From: Gammaproteobacteria bacterium
Lineage (GTDB): Bacteria; Pseudomonadota; Gammaproteobacteria; Ga0077536
Length of the DNA: 64,000 nucleotides
Assembly: GCA_030833185.1 (NCBI GenBank)
Contig: JAURHQ010000001.1
Span: 27,250-91,249 of the forward strand
Direction of reading: 5' to 3'
Of the stretch, positions 1 through 9,783 are shown in pieces; the first letter of the stretch is position 1; every line of letters begins with the position of its first letter. Under the pieces are notes generated by a model. That model saw only the letters and a program-made list of their open reading frames with translations. It ran no database searches and had not been told where the DNA came from. The position numbers were made by a program, and so were the translations under genes.

Positions 1-14
1 CCGTAGCCGCCCTG

Positions 15-143
15 ATGAAACGCCTTGCGCTGCTTTCCCTGCTCAGCCTGCTGGTGCTCAACCTTAGCGCCTGCAACACGCTGAGCGGCATCGGTAAAGA
101 CCTGAAAAAAGGCGGCGAAGCCATCGAGCGGGCGGCCAAGTAA
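15..143 (+). CDS. Entericidin EcnA/EcnB family lipoprotein, 42 aa.
   Basis: ATG at 15 and TAA at 141-143. The product MKRLALLSLLSLLVLNLSACNTLSGIGKDLKKGGEAIERAAK has a signal peptide, a lipobox (LSAC) and a Gly-rich tail typical of entericidins. It is too short to appear in the ORF track. Confidence 0.65.
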   Translation: MKRLALLSLLSLLVLNLSACNTLSGIGKDLKKGGEAIERAAK

Positions 144-270
144 GCCGCTAGCCCCCCGGCGCCGCGCCAATTTCGGCACTGGGTCACAGTTCGTTCACAC
201 GAGGCTCACGGGCGTTGGCGAGCCGCCCGCAGGCTGCGTCCATCCGCTTTTGCTCTGGACGCCTACCGCC

Positions 271-1656
271 ATGCCCCGCTCGCGCCTCAGCCCTTCTACC
301 CGCCGTATCTCGCTCCTCGCTGCGCTCCTCGGGCCGCTGCTTACGGGCGCCACCAGCGCGGCAACGCCGCCGGTCAATTTTCCGGACCGCACAGGCATTT
401 GATCGAACCTGAACCTCAGCGGCCAGGCGGCCGGTCAGGGCCCTTTCTTTCAGTCGCTGGGCAGCAACGGCCGCAGCTGCGCGAGCTGTCACGCGGCCAA
501 CGACGGCTGGACCGCCACGCCTCGCCAGCTCCAGCGGCGCTTTGCAGACAGCGCCGGCGCCGACCCGATCTTCGCCGCAATTGACGGCACCAATTGCCCC
601 TCGCTCGATATTCAAACCCCCATCGCCCACGCCGCAGCGTCGAGTTTGCTGCTCGGCCGGGGCCTGATTCGGGTGGAAATGCCGGTTCCGGCCAACGCCG
701 AATTCGCAGTCTCGCGCACGACCAATCCCTACGGCTGCGGCTCGACCAGCCTGCTCTCGCTTTATCGACGGATCCCGATGTCGGCCAATCTTCATCTGTT
801 GTCGGAAGTCATGTGGGACGGGCGGGAATCAGCCCCCGGGCGCAGTACCCGCAACGCCCTTGTCCTGCAGGCCAGCCATGCGACAACCGGCCATGCAGCG
901 GCGACTTCGTCGCCCGCGAGCGCCACGCTCAACGCGCTGGTGAATTTCGAGTCCGGGCAATTCGCCGCGCAGCAGGTCGACACGCAGGCCGGAAGTCTGG
1001 TCGGCGCCGGCGCGAAAGGCGGTCCGGCCGCGCTGGCCACGGAGAAGTTCCTGGCCGGTAGCAACCCGCCGTTTCGCGCCGACGGCAGCGGCGGCGTCCC
1101 GCCCTTGCCGGTGTTCTCCCTGTATTCGGCCTGGCAAGGCCTGAACGGCGCGACCGCCGTGTCCCGGGCACGCGCCTCGATCGCCCGCGGCGAGCGGATT
1201 TTTAATACCCGTCCGGTGCTCATCCGGGGCGTGGCCGGCCTGAATGACGCGCCCGGTCCCAACGGCTTGCCGCGGACCCAAATCGTCGGCACCTGCGGCA
1301 CCTGTGACAACACGCCGAACGGCGGCGGCCACTCCACCCCGCTCAGCCTGAACATCGGGATTGCGCAAACCGACCGTGCAGGCACCGAGCTGCCGGTTTT
1401 CACGCTGATCCACAAAACCACCGGCGCCAGCCTCCGCACGACCGACCCCGGCCGCGCACTGGTCACCGGTAGATGGGCTGACGTCGGCAAGTTCAAAGTG
1501 CCGGGCCTGCGCAATCTGGCCGCCCGGGCGCCGTACTTTCACGACGGTTCGGCCGCCACCCTGGCGCAGGTCATCGGTTTCTACGAACGACGTTTCCGCC
1601 TGCAGTTAACACCCGCCGAGCGGGCAGACCTGGAGGCCTTCCTGCAGAGCCTGTAA
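271..1656 (+). CDS. Cytochrome c peroxidase (di-heme CCP/MauG-like) family protein, interrupted by an in-frame TGA at 400-402; possibly a pseudogene.
   Basis: In the frame of ORF 646..1656, ATG 271 encodes a signal peptide ([43 protein letters not shown]), then TGA at 400-402. The same frame then continues with [20 protein letters not shown] (CxxCH heme site at about 478-492) and later the family C-terminal motif [30 protein letters not shown]. There is no ATG/GTG/TTG between 403 and 646. Confidence 0.6.
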
Positions 1657-1657
1657 G

Positions 1658-1683
1658 CCCGGGCGCCGGCTGCCGGCGACGGG
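1658..1683. terminator. GC-rich hairpin between convergent genes; putative bidirectional terminator.
   Basis: Inner stem cgccggc-t-gccggcg, extended by cccg...cggg. It lies between the CCP stop (1654-1656) and the Nramp stop (1696-1698). No strong U-tract. Confidence 0.3.
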
Positions 1684-1695
1684 GCACTGAAGCCT

Positions 1696-3069
1696 TTATG
1701 CCAGCACGAACATCGCGACTGCGGCCGCGCCCATAACCAGTACCGCCAGCCAGCCCAGCCACAGGGTGAGGCCGCGCGCCACAAACGGCCCCATCACCGC
1801 AGGACGCCGGGCGAGCAGCAGAATGACCCCCATCAGCGGCACCGCCACCACACCGTTGATGACCGCGCTGTAAAACAACGCCGTCAGCGGTGCGATCGGC
1901 AGAAACTGCGCGAACAGGCCAAGCAGGACGCTGCCCGCAAGTACTGCATAGAACCCGGGCGCCTCGCGCACACGGTGTTCAAGCCCGAAGCGCCAGCCGA
2001 GCGCCTCGGCGACCGCATAGGCAGCCGAGCCGGCCAATACCGGCACGCCAATCAAGCCCACCCCGACAATACCCAGCGCAAACAGGCCGAAGGCAAACTC
2101 TCCGGCCAGCGGACGCAGGGCCTCGGCGGCCTTGGCGGCGGTGGTCACGGTGGTGATGCCCGCCGCATGCAACGTCACCGCGGTGACCAGCATCACCAGC
2201 CAGGCCGTGACGTTGGAATAGAACATGCCGCTCCAGGTATCCCAGGCAATGCGGCGGAGTTCCGCTGGGGCAGCGGCGGGGGAATCGACCAGCGCCCGTG
2301 CGTGCCGCCGCCGGCCAAGGTCTTCGACTTCCTCCGAGGCCTGCCAGAAAAACAGATACGGACTGATGGTCGTGCCGAGCAGCGCCACCACCATGGCGAG
2401 CGATTCCTTGGTCAGGGCCAGCTGTGGCCATAGGCTGTGGACCAGCACCGCGCGCCACGGCACCTCCACCGTGAACAGCACGCCGGCATAGGCCAGCAAG
2501 GACAAGGTCAGCCATTTCAGGAATTTGACGTAGCGGTGATAGGGCACAAAAACCTGCAGCACGACGGTCAGCACCACCAACAGCGTGGTCAGCAAGTGCC
2601 GGTCGACACCGGTAACCAGCGCCGCCGCCTCCCCCATGGCCGCCACATCGGCCGCGATATTGAGGGTATTGGCGAGAACCAGCAGCCCCACCACGGCGTA
2701 GAGCACCCCGGGCGGAAAATGGGCGCGGATGTTGGCGGCCAACCCCCTGCCGGTAACCCGGCCGATCCGCGCACACAGGCTTTGCATCGCCGCCATCAGC
2801 GGGAAGGCGAAAGGCATGGTCCAGAGCAGCTGCAGGCCAAACGCAGCGCCTGCCTGCGAGTAGGTCGCGATCCCGCCCGGGTCGTCGTCGGCCACGCCGG
2901 TGATCAGCCCAGGCCCCACGCGCGCCAGCGGATGCTGACGCCACCCCGGGCGACGCCGACGGGTCAAGAAATCCTTCACCGGCAAGCCGGACCGCTGGTC
3001 GACATGTCTGCTACCCCTCTGTTGTGGCGCCTCGGCCCGCCGAGCATAGCGGGCATGGGCGAAAATCAT
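1696..3069 (-). CDS. mntH: Nramp family divalent metal (Mn2+/Fe2+) transporter, MntH-like.
   Basis: The product carries the Nramp signature GPGLITGVADDDPGGIATYSQAGA and many transmembrane segments across 457 aa. The true start may lie downstream of the ORF start. Confidence 0.85.
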   Translation of the reverse strand: MIFAHARYARRAEAPQQRGSRHVDQRSGLPVKDFLTRRRRPGWRQHPLARVGPGLITGVADDDPGGIATYSQAGAAFGLQLLWTMPFAFPLMAAMQSLCARIGRVTGRGLAANIRAHFPPGVLYAVVGLLVLANTLNIAADVAAMGEAAALVTGVDRHLLTTLLVVLTVVLQVFVPYHRYVKFLKWLTLSLLAYAGVLFTVEVPWRAVLVHSLWPQLALTKESLAMVVALLGTTISPYLFFWQASEEVEDLGRRRHARALVDSPAAAPAELRRIAWDTWSGMFYSNVTAWLVMLVTAVTLHAAGITTVTTAAKAAEALRPLAGEFAFGLFALGIVGVGLIGVPVLAGSAAYAVAEALGWRFGLEHRVREAPGFYAVLAGSVLLGLFAQFLPIAPLTALFYSAVINGVVAVPLMGVILLLARRPAVMGPFVARGLTLWLGWLAVLVMGAAAVAMFVLA

Positions 3070-3246
3070 CGCCCGCTGGTGTCATGATCGTGACACCGTG
3101 TGGGGCCTTGCCTAGAATCCGCAGCAGACTCGTCGGCGCGCGCACCAGAATCGGAAATCCATGGGACACGTCTTCTCGTTAGGCAGGATGCGACGGACGG
3201 CACGACCGGTGCCCACCTCGTCGCGTGCGCGCAGACCGGGTGCGGC

Positions 3247-4221
3247 ATGAAAGTCAGATTCTGGGGCACCCGTGGCTCCCTGCCCGTCGCCCTGACGGCG
3301 CCGCAAGTGCTTCAGAAAGTCGCCAAGGCCCTGCTGGCCGCCAAGGGCCGCGAGTTTGCAGGGCTTGATGAGGCGCTAAGCTTCGCCCGCAGCCTGCCCT
3401 TTGATGTCGCCCAAACCTTCGGTGGGCACTCGAGCTGCGTGGAACTGGAGGCGGCCCCGCCGTCTGGCCCCCATCACGATTACGTCCTCTGCGATATGGG
3501 CTCGGGCCTGCGCCCCTTCGGCAGCAGCGTACTGTCACGCCACGGCGCACGCGCTGCCAACACCTTTCACATATTCATCTCGCACGTGCACTGGGACCAC
3601 ATCATGGGCTTCCCGCTGTTCGCGCCCTCCTACATGCCGGGCAATCGCATCCGGCTCTACGGCTGCCATGCCGAACTGCAAGCAGCTCTGGAACGCCAGC
3701 ATGGCGCGCCGTCGTTCCCGGTGAACTTCAAACAACTCGGCGCGACCATTGAGTTCATCCCGCTCAAACCCGGTGAGACCACCGAGGTCGCCGGCTATGC
3801 CGTCACCCCCAAGCTTCAGCTCCACGCCGGCGACTCCTACGGCTATCGCTTTGAACGCGGCGGTAAATCGTTTGTCTACTCGACCGACTCCGAGCACAAG
3901 CTGGAACGGCCAGAAGACCGCGACGGCTTCGCAGAATTTTTCAAAGATGCCGATCTCGTTTGCTTCGATGCCATGTATTCTTTCGCCGAAGCGATTTCGG
4001 TCAAGGAAGACTGGGGACACTCAAGTAACGTCATGGGCGTTGAGTTGTGCCAACAGGCGGGGGCCAAAAAGCTCGCCTTGTTTCACCATGAGCCCATACA
4101 CGATGATTCCCGACTGGTCGCCATCGAAGCCGAAACCCGGCGTTTCGAGGAAATCACCCGCGGCGCGAGCCCGGCATTGGAAGTCATCACCGCCTATGAC
4201 GGCATGGAAATCGATTTGTAA
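3247..4221 (+). CDS. MBL-fold metallo-hydrolase.
   Basis: Product has the HxHxDH zinc motif (ISHVHWDH) and an N-terminus MKVRFWGTRGS typical of MBL-fold proteins. ATG at 3247 was chosen inside ORF 3100..4221, whose own start is GTG. Confidence 0.75.
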   Translation: MKVRFWGTRGSLPVALTAPQVLQKVAKALLAAKGREFAGLDEALSFARSLPFDVAQTFGGHSSCVELEAAPPSGPHHDYVLCDMGSGLRPFGSSVLSRHGARAANTFHIFISHVHWDHIMGFPLFAPSYMPGNRIRLYGCHAELQAALERQHGAPSFPVNFKQLGATIEFIPLKPGETTEVAGYAVTPKLQLHAGDSYGYRFERGGKSFVYSTDSEHKLERPEDRDGFAEFFKDADLVCFDAMYSFAEAISVKEDWGHSSNVMGVELCQQAGAKKLALFHHEPIHDDSRLVAIEAETRRFEEITRGASPALEVITAYDGMEIDL

Positions 4222-4307
4222 GCGCCACCGGGCAACGGGTGACCAACCTGCTTATCGCGCGCAGCGAGCGTCGGACTGCACCGGCGCCATGCGCAACACT
4301 GGACGCC

Positions 4308-4712
4308 ATGGCTGACTCAGAATACGACCGCATCCGTACCGGCCTCGCGCAAGCGCTGAAGCGCGATGCCGCGCTGCACGAGCGCGCGCAATATCTGGAC
4401 ATCGGGAAAGGTTTTCTCAACCTCCGCTCCCTGCTCCGGCACGGCGGTGACCATCGCTATCAGAAACTGCTGGTGGCGATGAACTTCTGGGACGGCTGGA
4501 TTCTGGCCCGCAATACTGACTGGCTGGAATACCCGGACATCCCAGAACGACGCTGGTCAGATCTGGCCAAAACGGTCGTGGCAGATTTGGAAGCGGACCG
4601 GGAAATCTCGAGCTTTCAAGTACGCGCCCAGTTTGACCTTGAGGGCACGCTGGAACTGCCGAAGCAATTGCTACGTTCACCCAACGAGGTCTCTCCCCTC
4701 GACGACCCTTGA
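4308..4712 (+). CDS. Hypothetical protein.
   Basis: ORF 4239..4712 has no family signature I recognise. ATG 4308 (MADSEYDRIR...) was chosen as start. Its 3' end overlaps the convergent DUF455 gene by about 36 bp. Confidence 0.4.
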   Translation: MADSEYDRIRTGLAQALKRDAALHERAQYLDIGKGFLNLRSLLRHGGDHRYQKLLVAMNFWDGWILARNTDWLEYPDIPERRWSDLAKTVVADLEADREISSFQVRAQFDLEGTLELPKQLLRSPNEVSPLDDP

Positions 4713-5501
4713 GCCGTCTCCGCGTTCCCAGTCGGCCAGTTCTACGGCCGAAAACCCACCCGCAAGGCGCGCAGCCACATTGAACGGGGGCCGCGGCAAG
4801 GCTTGGCCGTACGCGCTGCAGAGCCCTGAGAAGGTGGCGTCGCTCGCCACACCCCGCGCCGCGCACAGCCAAAGAAACCAGCGATTGCCCACGGCCACGT
4901 GACCAATTTCGTCCTGCAGGATGATCTCCAGAATGCCGGCCGCGGCGTCATCGCCCGCCGCCCTCAGCCGGCTTTGCATCGCCGGCGTCACATCCAGCCC
5001 GCGCGCTTCCAGAATCCGGGGCACCAGCGCCATGCGGGCCAGCACGTCGTTGCGCGTCTTGCGCGCCGCCTCCCACAGGCCGTCGTGGGCGACGAAATCG
5101 CCGTAAGCGTGGCCCAGCGTCGCCAGATGCGTGGTCAACAACGCGAAGTGCCGCGCCTCCTCGGCGGCGACCCGCGCCCAGTCGCGATAAAAATCGACCG
5201 GCATGCCAGCGAACCGGGCCACGGCATCCAGCGCAAGATTGATGGCGTTGAACTCGATATGCGCGATGGCGTGGATCAAGGCCGCGCGGCCCGCGGGGCT
5301 GCCGGGCCGGCGCCGCGGCACCCGCTGCGGCGGGACCAGCGTCGGTTGCAGCGGGCGTCCGGGCACCTCACCGGGCGCGAGTGGCAGGTCAGGGTCGGGC
5401 CACCAGCTTGGGCCTGATAGACGCAGACTCAGCGCCACTTTCTGTGCGGGGTCGGGGCAGGCCAGTGCCGTGGCGGCCGCGGTGCGAAGTTCCTGCGTCA
5501 T
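4677..5501 (-). CDS. DUF455 / ferritin-like superfamily protein (COG2833).
   Basis: Product contains ALIHAIAHIEFNAINLALD...DWARVAAEEARHFALL, a ferritin-like ExxH pair typical of DUF455. Confidence 0.65.
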   Translation of the reverse strand: MTQELRTAAATALACPDPAQKVALSLRLSGPSWWPDPDLPLAPGEVPGRPLQPTLVPPQRVPRRRPGSPAGRAALIHAIAHIEFNAINLALDAVARFAGMPVDFYRDWARVAAEEARHFALLTTHLATLGHAYGDFVAHDGLWEAARKTRNDVLARMALVPRILEARGLDVTPAMQSRLRAAGDDAAAGILEIILQDEIGHVAVGNRWFLWLCAARGVASDATFSGLCSAYGQALPRPPFNVAARLAGGFSAVELADWERGDGSRVVEGRDLVG

Positions 5502-6541
5502 TGAGGGTGCGCGTCTGCCCGCAGGCTCGAGACAATGCCCGCCGAGGCGGGTAGCCCCAGCGTATCGCGCAGGCGAGTGACTTTGGCCGTCGGCGTCTGC
5601 GCCAGCCTAGGGCCCTGATAGGGCGCGGCAGCCCGCACACGCCAGGCATCGGTGGTCAGATGCACCGCGTAGCTGACCAGTTCCGGCGCCTCCAGATGCA
5701 GCTGATGACCGGCGTCAGGGGCGACCAGGTGCAGTGCTGTTGGCGACTCGAGTGCCAGCTCGGACTGCAGATCCAGCCACAGCTTCTCCAGCAGGTCGCC
5801 GTGCTGCCCGACCGGCCACACGCGCTTGCCGCGCGTCAGCACCACCAGCGGCAGGCTGGGCAGCGCCGGCTCGGCGCGTAATTCGGCCTCGCTGTCGCGG
5901 AAGCCCAGCAGTTCCCACGAAATCGTCCGGCGGGGTCGCCAGTTCTCGAACTGGAACTCGGCCTGACGGCGCGCGGCGGCCGTCATCAGGGGATGCAACC
6001 GGGGACCGTCCCCGAAGCGTACGATTCCCACCCGGCTCGACGGCGCCACCTGTACCCCATAGGGCGGGGCTTCGAAGCGCTCGGCCTGTTCGGGATGGGA
6101 GGCATCGACCAACACCAGACCCGCCACCAGAAACGGATAGCGACGGGCAAAAATCTGCATGCCGTAGCCGCCGTAAGAATGCCCGACCAGTACATAGGGC
6201 GGCTTCAGTTCCGCGGAGAGTTGCAGCAGGTAAAGGTCATCGGCCTGCTGGGCGCTGGTGCGCGGATAGGGCCCCATCTCGCTCCAGCCATAGCCGGCCC
6301 GTTCCAGCACACAGACCTGCTGATGGGCCGCCAGACGCTGCATCACACCGCTCCATTCCAGCGATGCCGCCCCCAGCCCGATGTCGATCAAGACCGTTGG
6401 CTGGCCCTTGCCCAGACAATTGAGATGCAGCCGCCGCCCCCCGATATCGACCATCTTGCCCGGCGGCGGCCCCATCGGATGGGCCCCGGCCGCGAAGGAC
6501 CAGCCCCACAGCAATACCAGCAATGCCATCAATCGACGCAT
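5498..6541 (-). CDS. Secreted alpha/beta-fold hydrolase.
   Basis: Internal ATG at 6541 gives a signal peptide MRRLMALLVLLWGWSFAAGAHP. The GHSYGG nucleophile elbow (VLVGHSYGGYG) and a LVDASHP motif follow. The N-terminal extension in the ORF track is probably not translated. Confidence 0.75.
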   Translation of the reverse strand: MRRLMALLVLLWGWSFAAGAHPMGPPPGKMVDIGGRRLHLNCLGKGQPTVLIDIGLGAASLEWSGVMQRLAAHQQVCVLERAGYGWSEMGPYPRTSAQQADDLYLLQLSAELKPPYVLVGHSYGGYGMQIFARRYPFLVAGLVLVDASHPEQAERFEAPPYGVQVAPSSRVGIVRFGDGPRLHPLMTAAARRQAEFQFENWRPRRTISWELLGFRDSEAELRAEPALPSLPLVVLTRGKRVWPVGQHGDLLEKLWLDLQSELALESPTALHLVAPDAGHQLHLEAPELVSYAVHLTTDAWRVRAAAPYQGPRLAQTPTAKVTRLRDTLGLPASAGIVSSLRADAHPQ

Positions 6542-6638
6542 CGTGTTGTTCTCCAGCAGGCAGGTTCGGCGCCACCGGCTTGCGGCGCGCAGAGCTAGTG
6601 TGCCAGATTCGATCCTGACTCGTTTTTTTCGCTGCCCT

Positions 6639-7085
6639 ATGTCCATCGCTGCGCCCGACCCGTCTTCCTTGCCGCCCCCGGTTGCCCTGTGGCGGCGCTT
6701 CGCTGCCATGTTTTACGACACCTTGGCCCTGATCGGGATCTGGTTCGTGGCCGGCGGTATTGCGGTGGGTCTGGAGCACGGCGTGGCCGTGCCGGCGAAC
6801 AGCCTGCTGTTCAAAGGGGTGCTGCTCCTGTCGAGCTACCTCTATTTTGCGTTCTGCTGGCGACGGGGCGGCCAGACGCTGGGCATGAAAAGCTGGCGAC
6901 TGCGGGTGGTGAATGACTCAGGGGCGCGGCTCGGTTGGGGCCAAACCCTGTTGCGCTTCGGCGTGGGACTGCTGGCCTGGCTGCCGCTGGCGTTTGGCTA
7001 CTGGTGGGCGCTGGCCGACCCACAAGGCCGCACCTGGACCGACCGGGCGTCGGCGTCCCGCCTAGTTCGGGTGGTCGGGCGTTAG
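6639..7085 (+). CDS. RDD family membrane protein.
   Basis: ATG 6639 within ORF 6381..7085. Product has two hydrophobic segments flanking WRRGGQTLGMKSWRLRVV, the RDD motif. Confidence 0.7.
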   Translation: MSIAAPDPSSLPPPVALWRRFAAMFYDTLALIGIWFVAGGIAVGLEHGVAVPANSLLFKGVLLLSSYLYFAFCWRRGGQTLGMKSWRLRVVNDSGARLGWGQTLLRFGVGLLAWLPLAFGYWWALADPQGRTWTDRASASRLVRVVGR

Positions 7086-8146
7086 CGCGTTCGCGCCAGC
7101 ATCAAGCCCGCGGCCAGCAACATGATCAACGTGGGCGCGCCGGCCGAGAACATCGGCATCACCTCGTAGACCACGCCCAAATGGCCAGCGGCCTGATTCA
7201 GCAAGTGAAAGGCCAGCCCGATCATGGCACCGACCAGCACCCGCTGCCCAACCGAGACCGAGCGGTCCGCCCGCAGCACCATCGGCACCGCCAGCACCAC
7301 CATCGCGACCAGCGCTAGCGGATAACTCAGCTTGCGCCACAGCGCATGCTCGTAGCGCTGGGCATCGCCGGCGTTTGCACTGAGGAAACGGATGTAGCGC
7401 ATCAGGCTGATCACGCCCAATCGGTCCGGATTGGTCGCCACCATCGCCAACAGGTCCGGCTTGATGGTTGAGTCCCAGTCCGCTTCCTCCAGGTGGCGCG
7501 CGCGCATGCCTTCGTCGTCCAGTTCGGTCCGGGCGATGTTCTGCAGCACCCAGCCTTCGCCTTCGTAATGTGCAGACTCCGCGTAGGTGCTCGACTGCAG
7601 GCGGTTGAGATCGTCGAACTCATAAATGAACACGTCGCGCAGCCGGTCGCCGGGCAGAATCTGCCGGATATTGACGTAGCTGCGGCCATCACGCGCCCAG
7701 AAACCGGTTTTTGACCGCGAGACGGCGCCGCTGTTGAGCGCGCTGCTGCGCAGATCTTCTGCGCGCTGCAGCCCCGGCGCCGCCAGCAGCTCACCGCAGA
7801 GTACCGCCAGCACAACCATCAGCAGGGCGGCCTTGAGCACCGCGCCGACCAGCCGTTCTTTCGAGACCCCGGCGGCCCGCACCACGGTGATTTCCCCGTT
7901 GCGCATCAAGGTGCCGAAGCCAATCAAACCGCCGATCAGCGCGGCCATCGGAAACAGCTGATAGGTCAAGGTGGGCACCGACAGCACCACGAAGGCGCCG
8001 GCTTTCCACAGGGTATAGGTCCCGCGCCCGACGTCTTCAAGCTGATCGATAAAAGCGAAAAAAGTGAAGATGGCCACCAGCACCGCGAGCACCGTGAAGG
8101 TGGCAGTGAGAATTGTCCAGCCGATGTAGCGATCGAGGATTTTCAT
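7082..8146 (-). CDS. lptG: LPS export ABC transporter permease LptG.
   Basis: N-terminus MKILDRYIGWTILT...FAFIDQLEDVG and LFPMAALIGGLIGFGTLMRNGEITVVRAAGVS closely match LptG rather than LptF. It is divergent from pepA. Confidence 0.85.
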   Translation of the reverse strand: MKILDRYIGWTILTATFTVLAVLVAIFTFFAFIDQLEDVGRGTYTLWKAGAFVVLSVPTLTYQLFPMAALIGGLIGFGTLMRNGEITVVRAAGVSKERLVGAVLKAALLMVVLAVLCGELLAAPGLQRAEDLRSSALNSGAVSRSKTGFWARDGRSYVNIRQILPGDRLRDVFIYEFDDLNRLQSSTYAESAHYEGEGWVLQNIARTELDDEGMRARHLEEADWDSTIKPDLLAMVATNPDRLGVISLMRYIRFLSANAGDAQRYEHALWRKLSYPLALVAMVVLAVPMVLRADRSVSVGQRVLVGAMIGLAFHLLNQAAGHLGVVYEVMPMFSAGAPTLIMLLAAGLMLARTR

Positions 8147-8276
8147 GATGGCGCCCGCACAGTATAGCCATGCTTTACGCCACTAAATCCGTCCGCATAC
8201 ACTGCCCCGCGCTGTGCGTGGCCGCCCCGGCCTCGATCCTTATCCCCGCAAGTCCTCATTTCCTCCGGAGCGATAC

Positions 8277-9770
8277 ATGGACATCTCCGTCAAACGCGGT
8301 CATCCGGCCGAACAGAAAACCGCCTGCCTGATCGTGGCCGTGTATGCCGGCAAGAAACTCAGTTCAGCCGGCGCCACGATCGACACCGCACTCGGCGGCA
8401 CGATCAGCAAACTCTGCAAGCGGGGCGACCTGACTGGCGCGGTGGGCGAGACGCTGATGCTGCACGAAGCGAACGGCACCGCCGCGGAACGCGTGCTTCT
8501 GATTGGCGGCGGTAAGGCCGAAGGCATCGAAGCCGCCGAATTCCAGTCGCTGGCCCAGAAGGCCGCCCGCACGGTCGTAGATGCGGGGTTACGCAATGCG
8601 GTGGCCTGTCTGGCCGATCTGGAAGTGAAAGAACGGGACGCCGGCTGGAAAGCCGCGCAAATCGCGCTGGCCTTCACCGGCGCCGCGTACCGTTTCGATC
8701 AAATGAAAAGCAAGCCGTCACGCAAGCCCGTGCTGGCCAAGCTGACGCTGCTGACCGAAGCGAGCCGGACCAGCGCTGCCGAGGCCGCCGTGACGCAGGC
8801 GCTGGGCATGGCGGAAGGGCTCGCGCTAACCCGCGATCTGGCCAATCTGCCCGGCAACCATTGCCCGCCGCGTCATCTGGCCGAGGCTGCCCGCGCGCTC
8901 GGCAAGGCGCACAAGAGCCTGAAAGTCACCGTCCTCGAGCGCGCCGAGATGCAGAAACTCGGCATGGGCTCGCTGCTGGCGGTGGCCCAGGGCAGCGCCG
9001 AGGCGCCCAAGCTCATCACGCTGGAATATCAGGGCGACGCCGCGAAATCGCGCCCGGTGGTCCTGGTGGGCAAAGGCGTCACTTTCGACTCCGGCGGCAT
9101 CTCCATCAAGCCGGGCCCCGGCATGGACGAAATGAAGTTCGACATGTGCGGCGCCGCCAGCGTGCTGGGCGTGATGAAAGCGGTGGCCACGCTGGGGCTC
9201 AAAATCAACGTGGTGGGCGTGATCCCGGCGGTGGAAAACATGCCGGACGGCAACGCCATCAAGCCCGGCGACGTGGTTACCAGCATGTCGGGTCAGACTA
9301 TCGAAATTCTCAATACCGACGCCGAAGGCCGGCTCATCCTGTGCGACGCGCTCAGCTATGCCGCGCGCTACGAGCCGGATGTCGTGATTGATATCGCCAC
9401 GCTGACCGGCGCCTGCGTGATCGCGCTGGGCAGCCACGCCAGCGGGCTCTTGAGCAATCACGACCCGCTGGCCGAGGAACTGCTCCGCGCCGGCCAGCGC
9501 AGCGGCGACCGCGCCTGGCGTCTGCCGCTGTGGGAGGACTACCAGAAGCAGCTCGACAGCAACTTCGCCGACATGGCGAACGTCGGTGGCCGCGAAGCCG
9601 GCACCATCACCGCCGCCTGCTTTCTCGCCCGCTTCACCCGCAGCTACCGCTGGGCGCATCTCGACATCGCCGGCACTGCCTGGCACTCGGGCAAGGCCAA
9701 AGGCGCCAGCGGCCGACCGGTACCGCTGTTGATGGAGTTCATCCTCAACCGGGCGCGGCGCGGAAGCTGA
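8277..9770 (+). CDS. pepA: Leucyl aminopeptidase PepA.
   Basis: Product has M17 peptidase motifs (VGKGVTFDSGGISIKP, NTDAEGRL). ATG 8277 is preceded by GGAG. Confidence 0.9.
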   Translation: MDISVKRGHPAEQKTACLIVAVYAGKKLSSAGATIDTALGGTISKLCKRGDLTGAVGETLMLHEANGTAAERVLLIGGGKAEGIEAAEFQSLAQKAARTVVDAGLRNAVACLADLEVKERDAGWKAAQIALAFTGAAYRFDQMKSKPSRKPVLAKLTLLTEASRTSAAEAAVTQALGMAEGLALTRDLANLPGNHCPPRHLAEAARALGKAHKSLKVTVLERAEMQKLGMGSLLAVAQGSAEAPKLITLEYQGDAAKSRPVVLVGKGVTFDSGGISIKPGPGMDEMKFDMCGAASVLGVMKAVATLGLKINVVGVIPAVENMPDGNAIKPGDVVTSMSGQTIEILNTDAEGRLILCDALSYAARYEPDVVIDIATLTGACVIALGSHASGLLSNHDPLAEELLRAGQRSGDRAWRLPLWEDYQKQLDSNFADMANVGGREAGTITAACFLARFTRSYRWAHLDIAGTAWHSGKAKGASGRPVPLLMEFILNRARRGS

Positions 9771-9783
9771 GCAGGGCTGGCGG

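Noticed and set aside
400-402. The in-frame TGA in the peroxidase gene as a selenocysteine codon.
   Set aside because: No SECIS-like hairpin is evident immediately downstream, and cytochrome c peroxidases are not known selenoproteins. A nonsense mutation, a sequencing error or readthrough is more likely.
271-402. A 43-aa signal-peptide-only ORF as an independent small exported protein.
   Set aside because: It is in-frame and contiguous with the start-less heme domain, so it is best explained as the severed N-terminus of the peroxidase.
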